Shown: piece by piece, positions 49,529 to 61,807 of the stretch
Layout: every line of letters starts with the position of its first letter
Numbering within the stretch: the stretch's first letter is position 1
Source: Cyanophora paradoxa CCMP329
Taxonomy: Eukaryota; Plantae; Glaucophyta
Reading direction: 5' to 3'
Assembly: GCA_004431415.1 (NCBI GenBank)
Contig: QPMI01000582.1
Span: forward strand, 62,001 to 126,000
Length of the DNA stretch: 64,000 bases
Made by a program: the position numbers and the translations under genes
The notes under the pieces: model-generated
What the model saw: only the letters and a program-made list of their open reading frames with translations
The model's database searches: none
Told to the model about the DNA's origin: nothing

Positions 49529-51693
49529 ATGGCGGCGCGCTCGATCTCGCTGCTCGATTCGTGTAGAGGGTTGCTTTTGGGTTGCATGTGCGGCGACATT
49601 TTAGGCGCTGCGGTCGAGATGCTGCCGGCCGAACAGATCGCGTCCCGCTTCGGGAGGGTCAAGACCTTCCTGACGAATCCGGAGAGGCCGTTCGGTGCGC
49701 CGGGCTCCGCTTTTGCCGCATAAGCTGCGCTCGTCGCACCGAGCTAGCTGCCGCGGCCGTAGCCCGCGCCCCGTCTGCCGTGCTTCCCGCCAGCTGCAGC
49801 CGCGGCGCCGGCTGAGCGCGGCGGCCGCAGGGTGCTACACAGACGACACGCAGATGACACTCGCGCTGGCCTGGAGGTGCGGATACGCCCCCACGGGCCG
49901 CCGCCGGGCGGCCGCTGACGAGGGGCGGCGGGGGCGGGGGCAGCCTGGTGCAGTGCGGGGGCCTGGTGGACCCGGAGCACTGCGCGGCGGCCTACACGGA
50001 GTTCTACCAGGAGTGGCGGGGGTACGGCAAGGGCGCCAAGAAGGTCATGGAGGCTCTCAAGGCGCGCTCCGTGCCCCGCCCCCCACCCGCCGCCGGGCTC
50101 TGCTGAGGGCCGGCGCAGGCGGGGGCGAGCTACAAAGATACGGGGATTATGTTCATCCCGGAGGGCTCCCTCGCCAACGGCGGAGCCATGCGGTACCCCC
50201 CCCACTCCCACCCCCCCTCTCGCCGCTCCCGCTGAAAATTGCGCGGCAGGATCGGCCCCGTGGGCCTCGCCTTCCGTAACGCGCCCCACGCCGTCCTCTA
50301 TCGCGCCGTCCACGTGCGCAGCCCCCTTCGAGTGCGGGGCACGTGGGCCGACGGGGGTACCGGGCAGGACGCGGTGATGTGCACGCACCGGCACGCGGAG
50401 GGGATCGACGGGGCGTTCGTTCAGGCGGCGGCCGTCGCGAGCCTCGCGCGACTCGCTCTCGCCGACGCCCCGGCCCCGGAGGGGGCGCGGCCCCGCGCCG
50501 GCGTTCCCCGCGACTGGGACGTCGAGCTCCGCGTCCGCTGCGAGACCAGGTGGGGTCGATCGACCCTGTACCCCCCGGGCCCCGGCTCCGTCCCGCCCTG
50601 AGACGGGTACAGCTTCGGGGAGACGGTGTGCTTGGCGGGGGACTGGTGCGGCTGGGGTACCGAGACGGCCCTTGAGCTGCAAACGTCCGACGAAGACTAC
50701 CCCCTCTGGCGAACGCGCACCCCCGTCCCCATCGTCCCCGGCCGGAGCATCGAGTGCGGCCTCCCTGCGCCCGGCCCCGGGCGCCGGCGCCCGCCGCTCA
50801 CGGGGGTACAGGTACAAGTACATCGTGAGGGGGGCGGCGGGGGGCGCCGCGCGGTGGGAGGCCTTCGAGGGGAACCGGCGGTACGCCCCCCCGGGGCGGC
50901 CACCGAAGCCGCGGGGCGGGGAGGACGGCGCCGACGAGGGGCCGATCGCCGTCGACGACGGCTGGTTCGGCGCCCGCGAGGAGGGCGCGTGCCCCCCTCC
51001 CTCCCCCGCCCCCCGTCCCGAGCAGCGCGCAGGGGGCACGGCCAAGGGGGACGTGGAGCCGTTCCGGCTGCTGGAGTCGCTGGGGGCGCTGGCGCGCACG
51101 GAGGCGTGCCGCGGGAAGCTCGCCGCTGCCCGCGCCGGCCTCGAGCGGCTCTACGGGCCCCCGGGGGGGCCCCCCCGCGCCGCCCCGCGCCTCTCCACCT
51201 CCGACCGCGCCGCCATCGAGCTCCAGGCCCGCTTTGCCTGCCCCCTGCCCAACACCCCCTCCCCCCTAAGCGGGGCGGGGCAGGTGGCGAAGGAGCTGAT
51301 GGGGGAGTGCGGGCTGCGGGCGGCGGAGGGCGTGGCGGTGGCCCTCTGGGCGCTCTGCCTGCACTGGCGGCACCCCGTCGACTGCCTCGCCGCCGCCGTC
51401 GGCTACGGCGGCGACTGCGACACCACCGCCGCCATGGCCGGCCCGCCCCGCCCCCGCCCCCTCCCCACTCGGCCCCAGCTGAGCCCGGCGCAGGGGCCCT
51501 GCTGGGGACGGTGCACGGGGCGGGGTGGGTGCCGGGGGAGTGGCGGGAGCAGGCGGAGAACACGCGGTGGGGCCTGGACGACGTCGAGGGCCTCGCCCAG
51601 GAGCTCGCAGCCGCCCTCCCCTCCGGCGACCCCCGCCGCTCCCTCTCCTTCCGGCTGCCCCCGGGGCCCGCCCCCGAGGCCGAGATCTCCTAG
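49529..51693 (+). CDS. ADP-ribosylglycohydrolase (ARH3/DraG family) with internal CBM20 starch-binding domain
   Basis: GCMCGDILGAAVE, YTDDTQMT, RGYG, NGGAMR|IGPVG, THRH, GGDCDTTAAMA|GALLG. Insert ~50515-50970: VELRVRCETSFGETVCLAG..WG..AL.L..YPLW..IEYKYIV..RWE..GNR. Confidence 0.88.
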
Positions 51694-51757
51694 CCCCGCT
51701 CCCCTCTCGGCCGCAGCGCTAGTCCGAGTGCCAGTCCCCAAGTGTGCCACAGACGCG

Positions 51758-54700
51758 TCAGGAGAGGGGGAAGAAGGCGGTGGCAAGGACGAAGGGGACG
51801 GGGGCGACGGGGGGCGCCTCGGCGGCGGGGCCGAGCTCGGGGGCGCGCCCCGAGACGGAGGCGGAGAGGGGCCCGAGGTGCGGGGCGGCGAGGTTGCCGC
51901 TGCGGGGGTCCACCTCGTAGGGCACGACGCGGAGGCGCAGGGCGCACTCGCGGGTGGCGAAGGCGGTGAGGGCGAGCTCGTTGGCGGCCCCGGGCGCCGC
52001 GAGGAGGCCCGGGGGCAGGAAGAAGGCCCGCTGCGGGCCCATGGAGCCGACGTAGCGGGCGAGCCAGGTGCCGTTGACGGCGGCGTTGACGACGGCGGGG
52101 GGCGCGCCGCCGGCGGCGTCGGTGACGAGGAGGGCGACGGGGAGGCCGGCCGGGGGCGAGGCGAAGGAGGAGGTCGCCCGCACGACGCCCGCCGCCGGCC
52201 GCAGGCGCAGCTCCCCCTCCGGCTCCGGCTCCGGCGCCTCGAACCAGGCCGCGTCGAAGCCGTCCGTGTTGTACGGCTCGTCGGGGGCCCCCGGGGCGGC
52301 CGGGCGCGCCGTGACGTCCACCCCCGCGATGCTCCAGCGGGCCTCCCGCACGGGGCTCGTGCGCGGGAGCACGTTCCGGGGGTCCCAGCTGCGGCGGGGG
52401 GCCTCTTCAGGGGGGGCGGGGGGCGGGGCGGGGCCGGGGGCACTTGTGGAAGAGGAAGGTGGCGGAGAGGAGGCCCCGCGGGTTGCGCACGTCGTTCAGG
52501 ATCACAGGCTGCCGGCTCATCCCCCTGGCCCCCGCGCTTGAGGCGGAGAGAGGCAAGGCGGGGGAGGAAGGGGCGGGGCGCGGACACGCTGCCGACGACG
52601 ATGAGGAGGGTCTGCGTGGGCCGCTCGGGGGCGAGGTGCGGGGCGAGGTCGTACACGTGCGACCCGAGCCACGAGGGGTCTGCCCCGCCCCGCCCGTCAG
52701 GCGCGGGCGGGGGCGAGGGGGGCCGCTGGAGGGGGGCGCGCCGGGCCCGTTCTTGGCGCCCGGGTGGAAGAAGGAGGTGGAGTAGGTCTCGTGGGAGCCG
52801 ACGAAGGCCCCGTTCATGTACACCGCGCAGTAGTGCCGCACGTTGAGCCGCAGCCGCAGGCCGGCGGAGGCGCCCGGCTGGAACTCGCAGCGGTAGAGCA
52901 CGTGCCCCGAGGTGAAGCCGTGTTCCAGCGGGTCCTTGCCCGAGCGCAGGTGGATGGGGCGCCACGCGACGCGGCCCCAGTCGATCGCCCCCGCCGCGTA
53001 CCGCCCCGGCTGCGGGGGCGCCGGCGGGGCCGCCACCTCCGCCCCCAGCTCGGCGACGCTCTCGGGGCCGGAAGGGGCGGGGGCGAAGGGGGGCGGGGCG
53101 GGGCCGGCGGGGCGGAGGAGGTGGACGCGCTGGCGGCCCCAGGTGGAGACGGAGAGCCCGAGGGGCGCCTCGGGCGCCGGGCGCTCGAAGCGGGCGTGGT
53201 AGGCGCCCCACGCGACCCCCGCGATCGCCCCCTGCGCGCACGCGGGGAGGTCGGGGGCGGGGGCGGGGAGAGGGGGCGGGGGGCGCGGGGGGGCGGACGG
53301 CCTCGTCGAAGTGGGCGGAGAGGGTGAGGGCGTCCTCCTCCCCGAGGCAGAGGACCATCATCGAGGGCGCGGCGGGGCCCTTGCGCACCCGGGCGGCCCC
53401 CGGGGCGGCGAACGTGAGCACCGAGCAGCCGCCGCGGCGCTCGAGGGCGGCCCCCGCGCAGGCCCCCGGTTCGAGCTCGGCCTCCCCGACGAGCGCGAGG
53501 CCGCCAGGAGCGTGCTCGACGACCCAGAGCTCGCCGGCACCGAAGCGGCCGCGAAGGAGGACGGGGAGGGTGGCGAGGGCGAGGGTGAGGTGCGTCGCCT
53601 CGGAGCGGATGTTGGCGGGGATGAGGAGGGAGCGAAGGAAGGGGAGGCGGAGGGGCAGGGCGGCCCCCGGCCAGCCGGCCGCCGCCACCTCGAGCTGCAG
53701 CGTCGAGCGCGAGCCGGAGAGGTTGCGGGCGAGCGTGAAGGCGGCCCCCGAGCGCTCGTCGGCCCGCGCGGGGCCGAGCGCGGCGGCGGCCTCGGGGTCG
53801 GTGCCGGGGACGGGGGCGACGGCGCCGGGGGCGGGGAGGCCGCGCTCGAGGGCCTCGGCCTCGAGGAGGAGCGGGGCGAAGGAGCGGGCAAAGAGGGCGG
53901 CGGTGCGGAGCTTCCGGTAGCGGCGCGTCACCAGCCCGTACTCCCGCACGCACGCGCTGTAGTCGTACGACGAGAAGGCGTCCGGGTCCCCCAGGCTCCC
54001 CGCGTTCGTCCCTGGCGCCCCAGCCGGGGAGGGAGGCGAGGGGTCAGAGGCGGGGGCGGGGGCGGGGAGGCGAGGGGCGCGCACCGCCGTAGAACATGTA
54101 GACGGAGAGGATGGAGAAGCCCTGCGCGAAGAGGCTGTGGAAGAGCAGCCGCTGGTACTCGTCTGCGCGGGAGCGGCTGAGAGGGGGGCGGGGGCGGAGG
54201 ACGGGGCCAGGGGCGGGCACCGGTGAACCAGTCGTAGAAGAAGTCCCAGCCGCCGGCGCAGGTCCAGGGGCAGAACCAGCCGCCCTGGAGCTCGGGGATG
54301 AAGAGGGGCCCCGAGGCGCAGCCGGCCCCGAAGGCCCGGATGTCCCGCTCGAGCGTGTCGACCGAGGGCGCGAAGCCGCGGAGCATCTTGTCGCAGCCGG
54401 CCCAGGAGCGGGGCGTGCCGGGGGCCGGGTGCAGGGGCGGCTCCAGCGCGAAGAGGTAGAGGTCGAAGCCGTACAGGTCCACCCCGTTCTCCGGCCCCGT
54501 CCCCGGGTTCCACGAGCCCCACGGCTGCACGAGGGAAGAAGGGGCGGGACTCAGGCTCCGAGCGAGGGGTGTGGGAGACGAGGGAGGGGGTACCTTGGCG
54601 TCGTTTGAGAAGACGGGCACCGTGCAGCCGGCGGCGCGGGCGTACCTGCAAATCCATGAGCGGGGGAAAAGTGGGGTAGAGGGGGGTACGCAGCGCACGC

Positions 54701-55680
54701 GGTGAGGAGGCGCATCTCCTCGGGGAGGCCCATGGTGAGGCCGAACTTGGACTGGATGAGCTCGTTCTCCACCTGCAGGCCGATGACGCCGTACCCGTTC
54801 GCGCCCTCCTTCCGCGTGATCTCGTGCCGCGCCAGGATCGGGATGATGGCGTCGAACCCTGCCGGCGGGGGGTTACTCGGCTGGGCCGCCGGGGGGCGGG
54901 GAAGGGGCGGCGCGGAGGCGGACACTCGCGGGAGCGGTCCATGAACTTCATGTCGAGGGACTTGATGCCGGTGGCCCACATGTTGCGGATGCGCACGCCC
55001 CGCTCGGCGACGAGCCAGCCGGGGAAGCCGCCGGCCGACGTCTCCGCGCAGATGTACGGGCCTGGCGTGCCGGGCCGGGTCGGCGGCGGGCGGGGGGCCT
55101 GGCGAGGGCGGGCGGCGGGGGCCCACCGGGGGCGGCCATGACGTAGAGGCCGACCTCCTCGCAGGTGCGCAGGAGGAAGTCCACGTCGCGGTTGCCGCTG
55201 AAGATGTACGCGCCCCGCCGCGGCGAGTGGTAGCCCCAGTGGAAGTAGATCCGCACCGCGTTCAGGCCCGCCGCCTGCGCGAGCACGTCAGCGCCGCCGG
55301 CGCCGCGCGGGACGCAGGACGAGCAGGCGGCGCGGCGGGCGGCGCGCCTTGTAGTCCTCGAGGATCGGGCGCCAGCGGGAGCGGTCGGGCACGCGCCTGC
55401 CGGGCGGTCACATGGCGCGTACGTCCGAATTGCAGCAGCGGGCGACGCGTCGAGCAGCCAGCGGCCCACTCCGAGGTCCGCGCGGACGCCGGCAGAGGCG
55501 CGGCCGGCCCCAGCGACGCCGTTACGCGCGGAAAGCGGGAACGGACGAGACGCACCAGTAATGGAATTCGCCGGAGAGGATCAGGACGCGCTTGCCGCGG
55601 ATGAGCAGCGACTTCTTGTCCCAGTCCAGGATGCGGCCGTACTTTTGGCGATCATAGTTGACCGGCGCCTCCGTCGCCAT
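51758..55680 (-). CDS. Glycoside hydrolase family 35 beta-galactosidase, no obvious signal peptide
   Basis: ILSGEFHYWRVP, AAGLNAVRIYFHWGYH, GPYICAE..GGFPGWL, QVENE (acid/base), PELQGGWF (nucleophile), YMFYG|GTN, SYDYSA. Confidence 0.92.
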
Positions 55681-55886
55681 CGCAGCTCGCGGAGTCGTCG
55701 CCGGGCCGAGTTGGCGGCGGCTTGGTCGGCTTGACTTGCGTATCCCCCCGAAGTCCCCCGGCCCCGGCCACCAGCACCAGCCCACGTCTCCGGGCCACGT
55801 ACGGCATCAAAAAGCGCCGCACAAGGTGAACGGAAGTTGCACAAGGCCGCTGCAGTCGCGCGGCGACTAACCGACGCCTGAACCAG

Positions 55887-56704
55887 ATGCCCCAAATCGT
55901 CGTCACGAAGGAGGAGCTGCGCGTGAAGCTCTCGTACAAGGAGCGAATGTGGGCCGCACTGACGGCGAGCACCATCATTGTTCCCCTGAAGCTCGTGGAG
56001 GGCGTGCGAGTCCACCGTGCGCCCGCTCCGAGGCTCCTTCCGCGGCCGTCCGCCGGCGTCACCACTTGCGCGGCTCACTCCGCACGCGCAGCCCAAGAGG
56101 CCGTCGACGCCATGCAGAGCATCCCGCAGGGCGTCCAGGTCCGCCGCGCCGCCTCCGCGCGCTATATGCATGCCGCAGTGCGCCGCTGCGCCCCTGTCGG
56201 CGTCTGCGCCCGATCCTCGCGCCACAATCCCCGCGCGCGGTTGCTTCGCGCCGCGGCCTCCATCGCCTCAGCGCTGTCTGCGATCCAACCGCGCGACGCG
56301 CGCCGCCGCAGCTCGGAGTCGCCCTCCCGTCCAAGTACGTCATCGCGTCCTTCTACCACCCGAGTGCGCCGCTCCGGGCCCGCCTGCCCCGCGCGCCCCG
56401 CCGCGCGCCGCGCGCCGCGCCGCCCACCCGCCGACCCGTCCCGCTCGCCGCAGTCGCGGGGACGCCGCCCGAGTTCTACTGCGTGGCGCGGGAGCCTGCC
56501 CGCTGCCTCGCCCTCGACATGGCCCCCCGCGCCCCCTACTCCAAGCTCATCCTCCAGGCCCGCCCCCGCCCCCGCCGCGACGCGCTCGGAGCCGGCTCCC
56601 GCCTCTGAGGGCCGCGGGCCCGGCAGGTGGACGAGGGGGCGGACGTGGAGGCCATCCGCAAGAGCATCGAGGTCGCCCTGCGCCGCACCAAGTCCGGCTT
56701 CTAG
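55887..56704 (+). CDS. Small spliced protein resembling uncharacterised bacterial PH-like proteins
   Basis: MPQIVVTKEELRVKLSYKERMWAALTASTIIVPLKLVEGVRV..LGVALPSKYVIASFY..EFYCV..CLALDM..PYSKLILQ|VDEG..SGF-TAG. Confidence 0.6.
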
Positions 56705-56825
56705 CTCCACTCCGCCCCACCCGGGGCCCAGGCCCAGCCGCGGCCCGCCCCGCGCCCCCTTGAGCGCAAAAGGAGTTCTCTGCTGAATGGGATGCGAAGC
56801 GAGAGGAAGGCTGCGCTGGGCTGCG

Positions 56826-58901
56826 CTACGAGCGCATGATCTTTGAGGGGGGGCCCTGGTCGGAGTAGAGCTTCTGGGCGGCGGCCTGGGCGGCGCGGGC
56901 CTGGCCCGAGGCCGAGCCCGTGGAGCCGCCCGAGGAGCGCGGGCGCTGCACGGCGAGGATGGACTGCCCGTGCAGCTCCGAGAGGGCTCCCGGCACGCCC
57001 TGCAGCAGCTGGCCCGTCGCCGCTGCCGCCGCCGCCCCCGACGCGCCCCCCTGGCCCCCCTGCGAGGGGCCGGCCGCCGGCGCGGGGCCGGTGGCCGGCG
57101 CGGTGGCAGCTGGCTGGGAGGAGGCGGTGGCGGGGGCGGCGGCGGGGTTCGGCTGCTGCATGGGCTGCCCCAGCGGCAGGCCGTCCTGCGCGTGGCCCTC
57201 AGCGGGGGCGCCGAGGGCGAGGGCGGGGGGCGCACGGGGTTGGCGTGGCCGGGCTCGGTCGCCTTGAGGGAGCGGCGGGGGTACTGGATCGAGGGGCGCC
57301 CGACGGCCGAGGGGTCCGCGAAGGCGCTGCGGGGCGTCGCGCTCAGCACCCCCGGGAGGGGAAAGGGGTGGAGGGATGGGCGGACTTCATGGAGGGGAGG
57401 GGGTCGTTGTCGAAGTAGGAGTGGGCGAGGGCCTGGGCGGCGGTGATGCGCCGGGCCGGGTCGTACTCGAGCATGCGGGAGAGCAGGTCGTAGGCGTTGC
57501 TCTTCTTGTTCAGCCCGGGGATGTTCTCCGAGAGGCGCGGGGGGTACACCGGCCACGACTTGACGGCCTTCCAGTGATCGAGGTCGGCGATGCCGGGCCA
57601 GCGCTTGACGTCGGGCGTGCCGAGCACCTTGAAGATCTTCTCGAGCTGGTCCGACTGCAGCGGGTTGCGCACGTCCTTGTTCTCCACCCCGCGGAAGAGG
57701 GGCGCCGTCGTGATGAGCTCGGCGAAGATGCAGCCGACGGCCCACATGTCGACGGCCTTGGTGTAGTGCTTGGCCCCCAGCAGGAGCTCGGGGGAGCGGT
57801 ACCAGATCGTCACCACGACGCCGTCCCCCGCCAGCGACCGCAGCGGCGACTGGAAGATCCGCGCCAGCCCGAAGTCCGCTGCCCCCGAGCGCCCCTCAGC
57901 CCGGCGCGCCGGCGGCGGAGGGGCCGCGGGCGCCTGCGCGCACCGATCTTGACCATGCCCTGCTCCTTCCCGTCGCCCATCACGAGGATGTTGCTGCGCG
58001 CGGGGGCGAGTCGGCGGGGGCGACGTCGAGAGCTGAAGGGGGCGGGGCGGGGAGAGGTGAGGGGCGGGGGGCGGGGCCCCACCTGGGCTTGAGGTCGCGG
58101 TGGATGACCCAGTTGGCGTGGAGGTAGTTGATGCCGTTGAGGATCTGCCAGAGCAGCGACTTGATCGTGAACTCGCTCGGCCGCTCCCGGTTCAGCGACT
58201 CCCGGTGGTGCTTGATCAGCTCCTGCCCCCGGGGGCCCCCCGCCCCGTCCCCTCACACCCGCCCCCAGCGACCCCGGCGCGCTCCCCGGCGGGCGCGCAC
58301 GAAGAGGTCGTGCTCGGCGTAGTCGAACACGAGGTACAGGGAGCTGTTGTCCGGGTCCAGGAGGACGTCCTGCCGGCCCCGTGGGCCCCGGCCCTGCCGG
58401 CAGCTCCCGGGCGGGCCGGCGGGCGGGGCGGCGCGGACCTGCAGGCACACGATGTTGTCGTGCTTGAGCTCTCGTAGCAGCTGCGCGAGGAGCATGCCGC
58501 CGCGTCGGATGCGGGGCGCAGCGCGGGGTGCGGGGCGCGGGGCAGGGCGCACCGAGACTTCCCGAATGGCGGTCAGCGAGATGCCCTCGCCCTCCTTCCC
58601 CGACTTGATCTTCTTGACGGCCACTTCATTCCGCGGGTTAACCTTCTCCTGCGCACGCCCGCCTAAGCTTCGCAGCGTCCGCGCACTCGCGCTGGGGCTG
58701 CGCGCCTTCGCTTTGAACACGACGCCGTACGTCCCTGCGCAGCGGCCGCGTCGTGAGATTCCCGTCGCTCGCACGCGGACGCCGAGGAAACGGATCAGCG
58801 CTCACCCTCGCCGACCTGCGTGGGCGCGGGCGGGGTCAGGCGAGCGACGAAAGCGAGGGAGCGCGGCTAACCTTGCCAGGAAACACGAAATCAAACTGCA
58901 T
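56826..58901 (-). CDS. CDK8: Cyclin-dependent kinase 8 / CDKE (Mediator kinase)
   Basis: K|VGEG|[54 protein letters not shown]|[41 protein letters not shown]. Confidence 0.93.
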
Positions 58902-59395
58902 TCGTGCGGCAGTCAGTACCTCGAAAGTTCAATAGCTATGCTAAAGCGCAAAGAACCCAGGCCGCGCAGCGCACCTTGGTCTCGACCTGCGCGTGAGAAG
59001 TGACCGAGTGAGGCCGGGCCGGCTCGGCAGCGGGAGCCGTGCGGGAGGGAGCGCACCCGGGGCCTTCGCTTGTTCTTCTCTTCTCGCACGGTCTTGTCCA
59101 TCCCGGCTGCTCGGGCTCCGATCCTCGCCTACCGCATCGCCACCAGCGCCGGCGTTGCTCCAACCGTGCCGGAAGGTCGCTCTCCGTCTGCTGAACGCTG
59201 TATCACCGGTAAAGGGCGTGCTGGAGGTTGGCTGGCAGAAGGTCGGCTTCTCAGACAAGTGGTCGACTCCGGGCGGAGAGATTATCGCGTTCACGGCCGT
59301 GGGCGCGGGCGCACGCGCTCGTGGAAGCGCGATCGAGAGGAGATGAGGATAGCAATAGCTGTACGTAGAAGCTCGAGATAGCAGGCTTCACGAGC

Positions 59396-61553
59396 ATGGT
59401 CAGAAGGCACGACGGCCTGCGCTTCCGGTGCGCCGGCCGCGCGCACGGCGTGGAACGCAAAAACAACACTCCGCGCGAAGCGTTGACACCGCCCGCACAG
59501 GATCCCCCGCATTGCCAGCTTGTCCCTTTCGCTCCGCAAGAAGTACTTCGCATTCTTGGGACTGTGGGCGCTGAACCTCTTGTATTTCGATGGTGCAGTT
59601 CGCTATCCAGCGCTAGCTAATGCCTGCGGCTGCCCGCGAGCGCTCACTCCCGCTGCAGAGATCGTTTACTACACGACGGTTTCAGGGTGCGCGTGGCCTG
59701 CGGCGGCGAGGAGCGGGAAGGAGGTGCAACGCGTTGCCCTCATCGCCGACCCGCAGGCGCGGCCCGCCCACCCACCCGCCCGCCCGCCCGCCCCGCCGCC
59801 CGCTTCGCGGCCGCGGCTGACAGAGTACATGTGGCTCGCGATCGGGGCGCGCAGCTGACGGACAGGTACTCGCGGGACGCGTACCCGCGGACGGGGCCCG
59901 TGCGGGAGGTGGTGCAGCTGTACAGCGACGTGTACATGAAAAAGGCGTTCCGGCACGTGCTGGGCTCCCTCCGCCCCGACGCCGTCGTCTTCCTCGGGGA
60001 CGTCTTCGACGGCGGGCGCCACGCGAGCGACGCCGAGTTCGACGAGAGCCTCGCCCGCTACCAGCGCGTCTTCGGCCAGCAGCCGGCGGGCCGCGCCCGC
60101 GCCCGCGGCGCCCCCGGCCCCGTCCCCGTCTACCACATCGCCGGGTCCGTCCGGAGCGCGCGAAGCAGGGGCAGCGGCGGCTGATGCGGGGGCGGGGGCG
60201 CAGGAACCACGACGTGGGGATCGGGAGGGAGATACGCCCCGACGTCGCCGCGCGCTTCGAGGCCGCCTTCGGGCCCTCCAACCAGTGCGCACACCGCCCC
60301 CTCCCCCGCCGCCCCCTCCCCCTCCGCCCCCTGAACCCTCCTCGCCGGCAGCGTGATCGCGCTGGGCGGGTTCTCGCTGGTGGCGGTGAACGCGCCGGCG
60401 CTGGCGGGGGGCCCCGGGGATCCCCTCCACGACGAGACCCTCGGCTTCGTTCGCCGCCTCTCAGCAGGCGCGACCGGGGTACAGGGTTGGGGCGCCGCCC
60501 CCGCGCCCGTCCCTCACCCCCCGGCCCCCTGCAGAGGCGCGGGGGGGAGACCTGCGCGTCCTCCTCACGCACATACCCCTGCACCGCCCCGAGGGGAGCG
60601 GCTGCGGGGCGGCGCGCCGGCCCGAGCCGCTGCGGCAGTGCGCGGGGGAGGGCTACCAGTGCCTGCTGGAGGAGGGCGTCTCGCGGGAGCTGCTGGCGGC
60701 GGTGCGGCCGCTGCACGTCTTCTCGGGGGACGACCACTTCGACTGCTCCGTGGAGCACGCGGCGGCCGGCGCCCCCGGCCCCGGGGTGCCGGAAGAGACG
60801 CTGGCGACCTTCTCCTGGCTGCAGGGGAACCCCCGGCCGGGGTTCGCCCTCGCGACCCTCTCCCCCGAGGCGCCGCACGTGCGGGTCGCCCGCTGCGCCC
60901 TCCCCAACATGTACACCATCCTCCTCTGGTACGCCCTCCTCGGTGCGTCCCGCCCGCCCCGCCGCCCCCCGCCCGGCCTCTCTTGGCGTGCCTTACTTGA
61001 TGATGGCCGCCTGCAGGGCTGATGACGGCCTTCCACCTGCTGCCGCGCCCCAAGAGCTTCCTCTGGCTCTTCCTCCTCGCCCGCGCCCGCCCGGGCCCCG
61101 CCTCCCCCGCCCCCGCCCGCCCCTCCCGCTCCCCGGCCCCGCCGCCCCCGCCGCCCCCCGCCTCCCTCCTCGTCTCCCCCGCCCCCTTCAAGTCCTCCGG
61201 CGAGTCCGCCGACGGTCCGCGCTCCGCGTTCGTTCCACGCGCCCTAAAGCCCGCCCGTCACGAGCGATTTTGCAGAGGAGGCGGGGCGGGCGGTGAGCTC
61301 GAGCTCGGAGCGGGCGCGCTCGCCCAAGATGACGCACCGGGGCGCCTCCGGCACGCCCCCAGGACTGCCCCTCCCCGTCTTCCAGGAGGCGCGCGCCCCG
61401 CGGCGGCGGCTGCGGGCGCTGCCGCTCTCGCTCCCCGCGCGCCTGGCCGAGGCCGGGTGCGGGCGGGGCGGCGGGGCCGCGTGCCTCGCCTGCAACCTCG
61501 CCTTCGCCTTCTTCACCCACGTCCTCCTCCTCCTCGTCGAGCTCGCTATCTAG
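59396..61553 (+). CDS. MPPE1/Cdc1-like membrane metallophosphoesterase (GPI remodelling)
   Basis: N-terminal TM; ALIADPQ|LTD, DVYMKKAF, VFLGDVFDGG, IAG|NHDVGIG, LLTHIPL, VFSGDDH, TFSW; C-terminal TMs. Confidence 0.88.
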
Positions 61554-61807
61554 CCGCCGAGCACCCTTGTACATGTTCAGAATGGAAGCGCTACGCGTAC
61601 GCACGCGTACGTTCGTACGCCCCGCGGTGATGAACCGCAGTGCCGAATGCTTCCCCCCCTGGGGGTACATCGCGCACGCAAGTGGTACCTGCACTCGGAG
61701 GCGGAGGTCGCTGGCGCGTTGACGGGGGCGGATCCCGGAGAAGGCCCGGTGGGCATCATTCTCGTAGCGGAACGAACCGCACGCGTCGGCGTCGCGGACC
61801 GTGCTCG

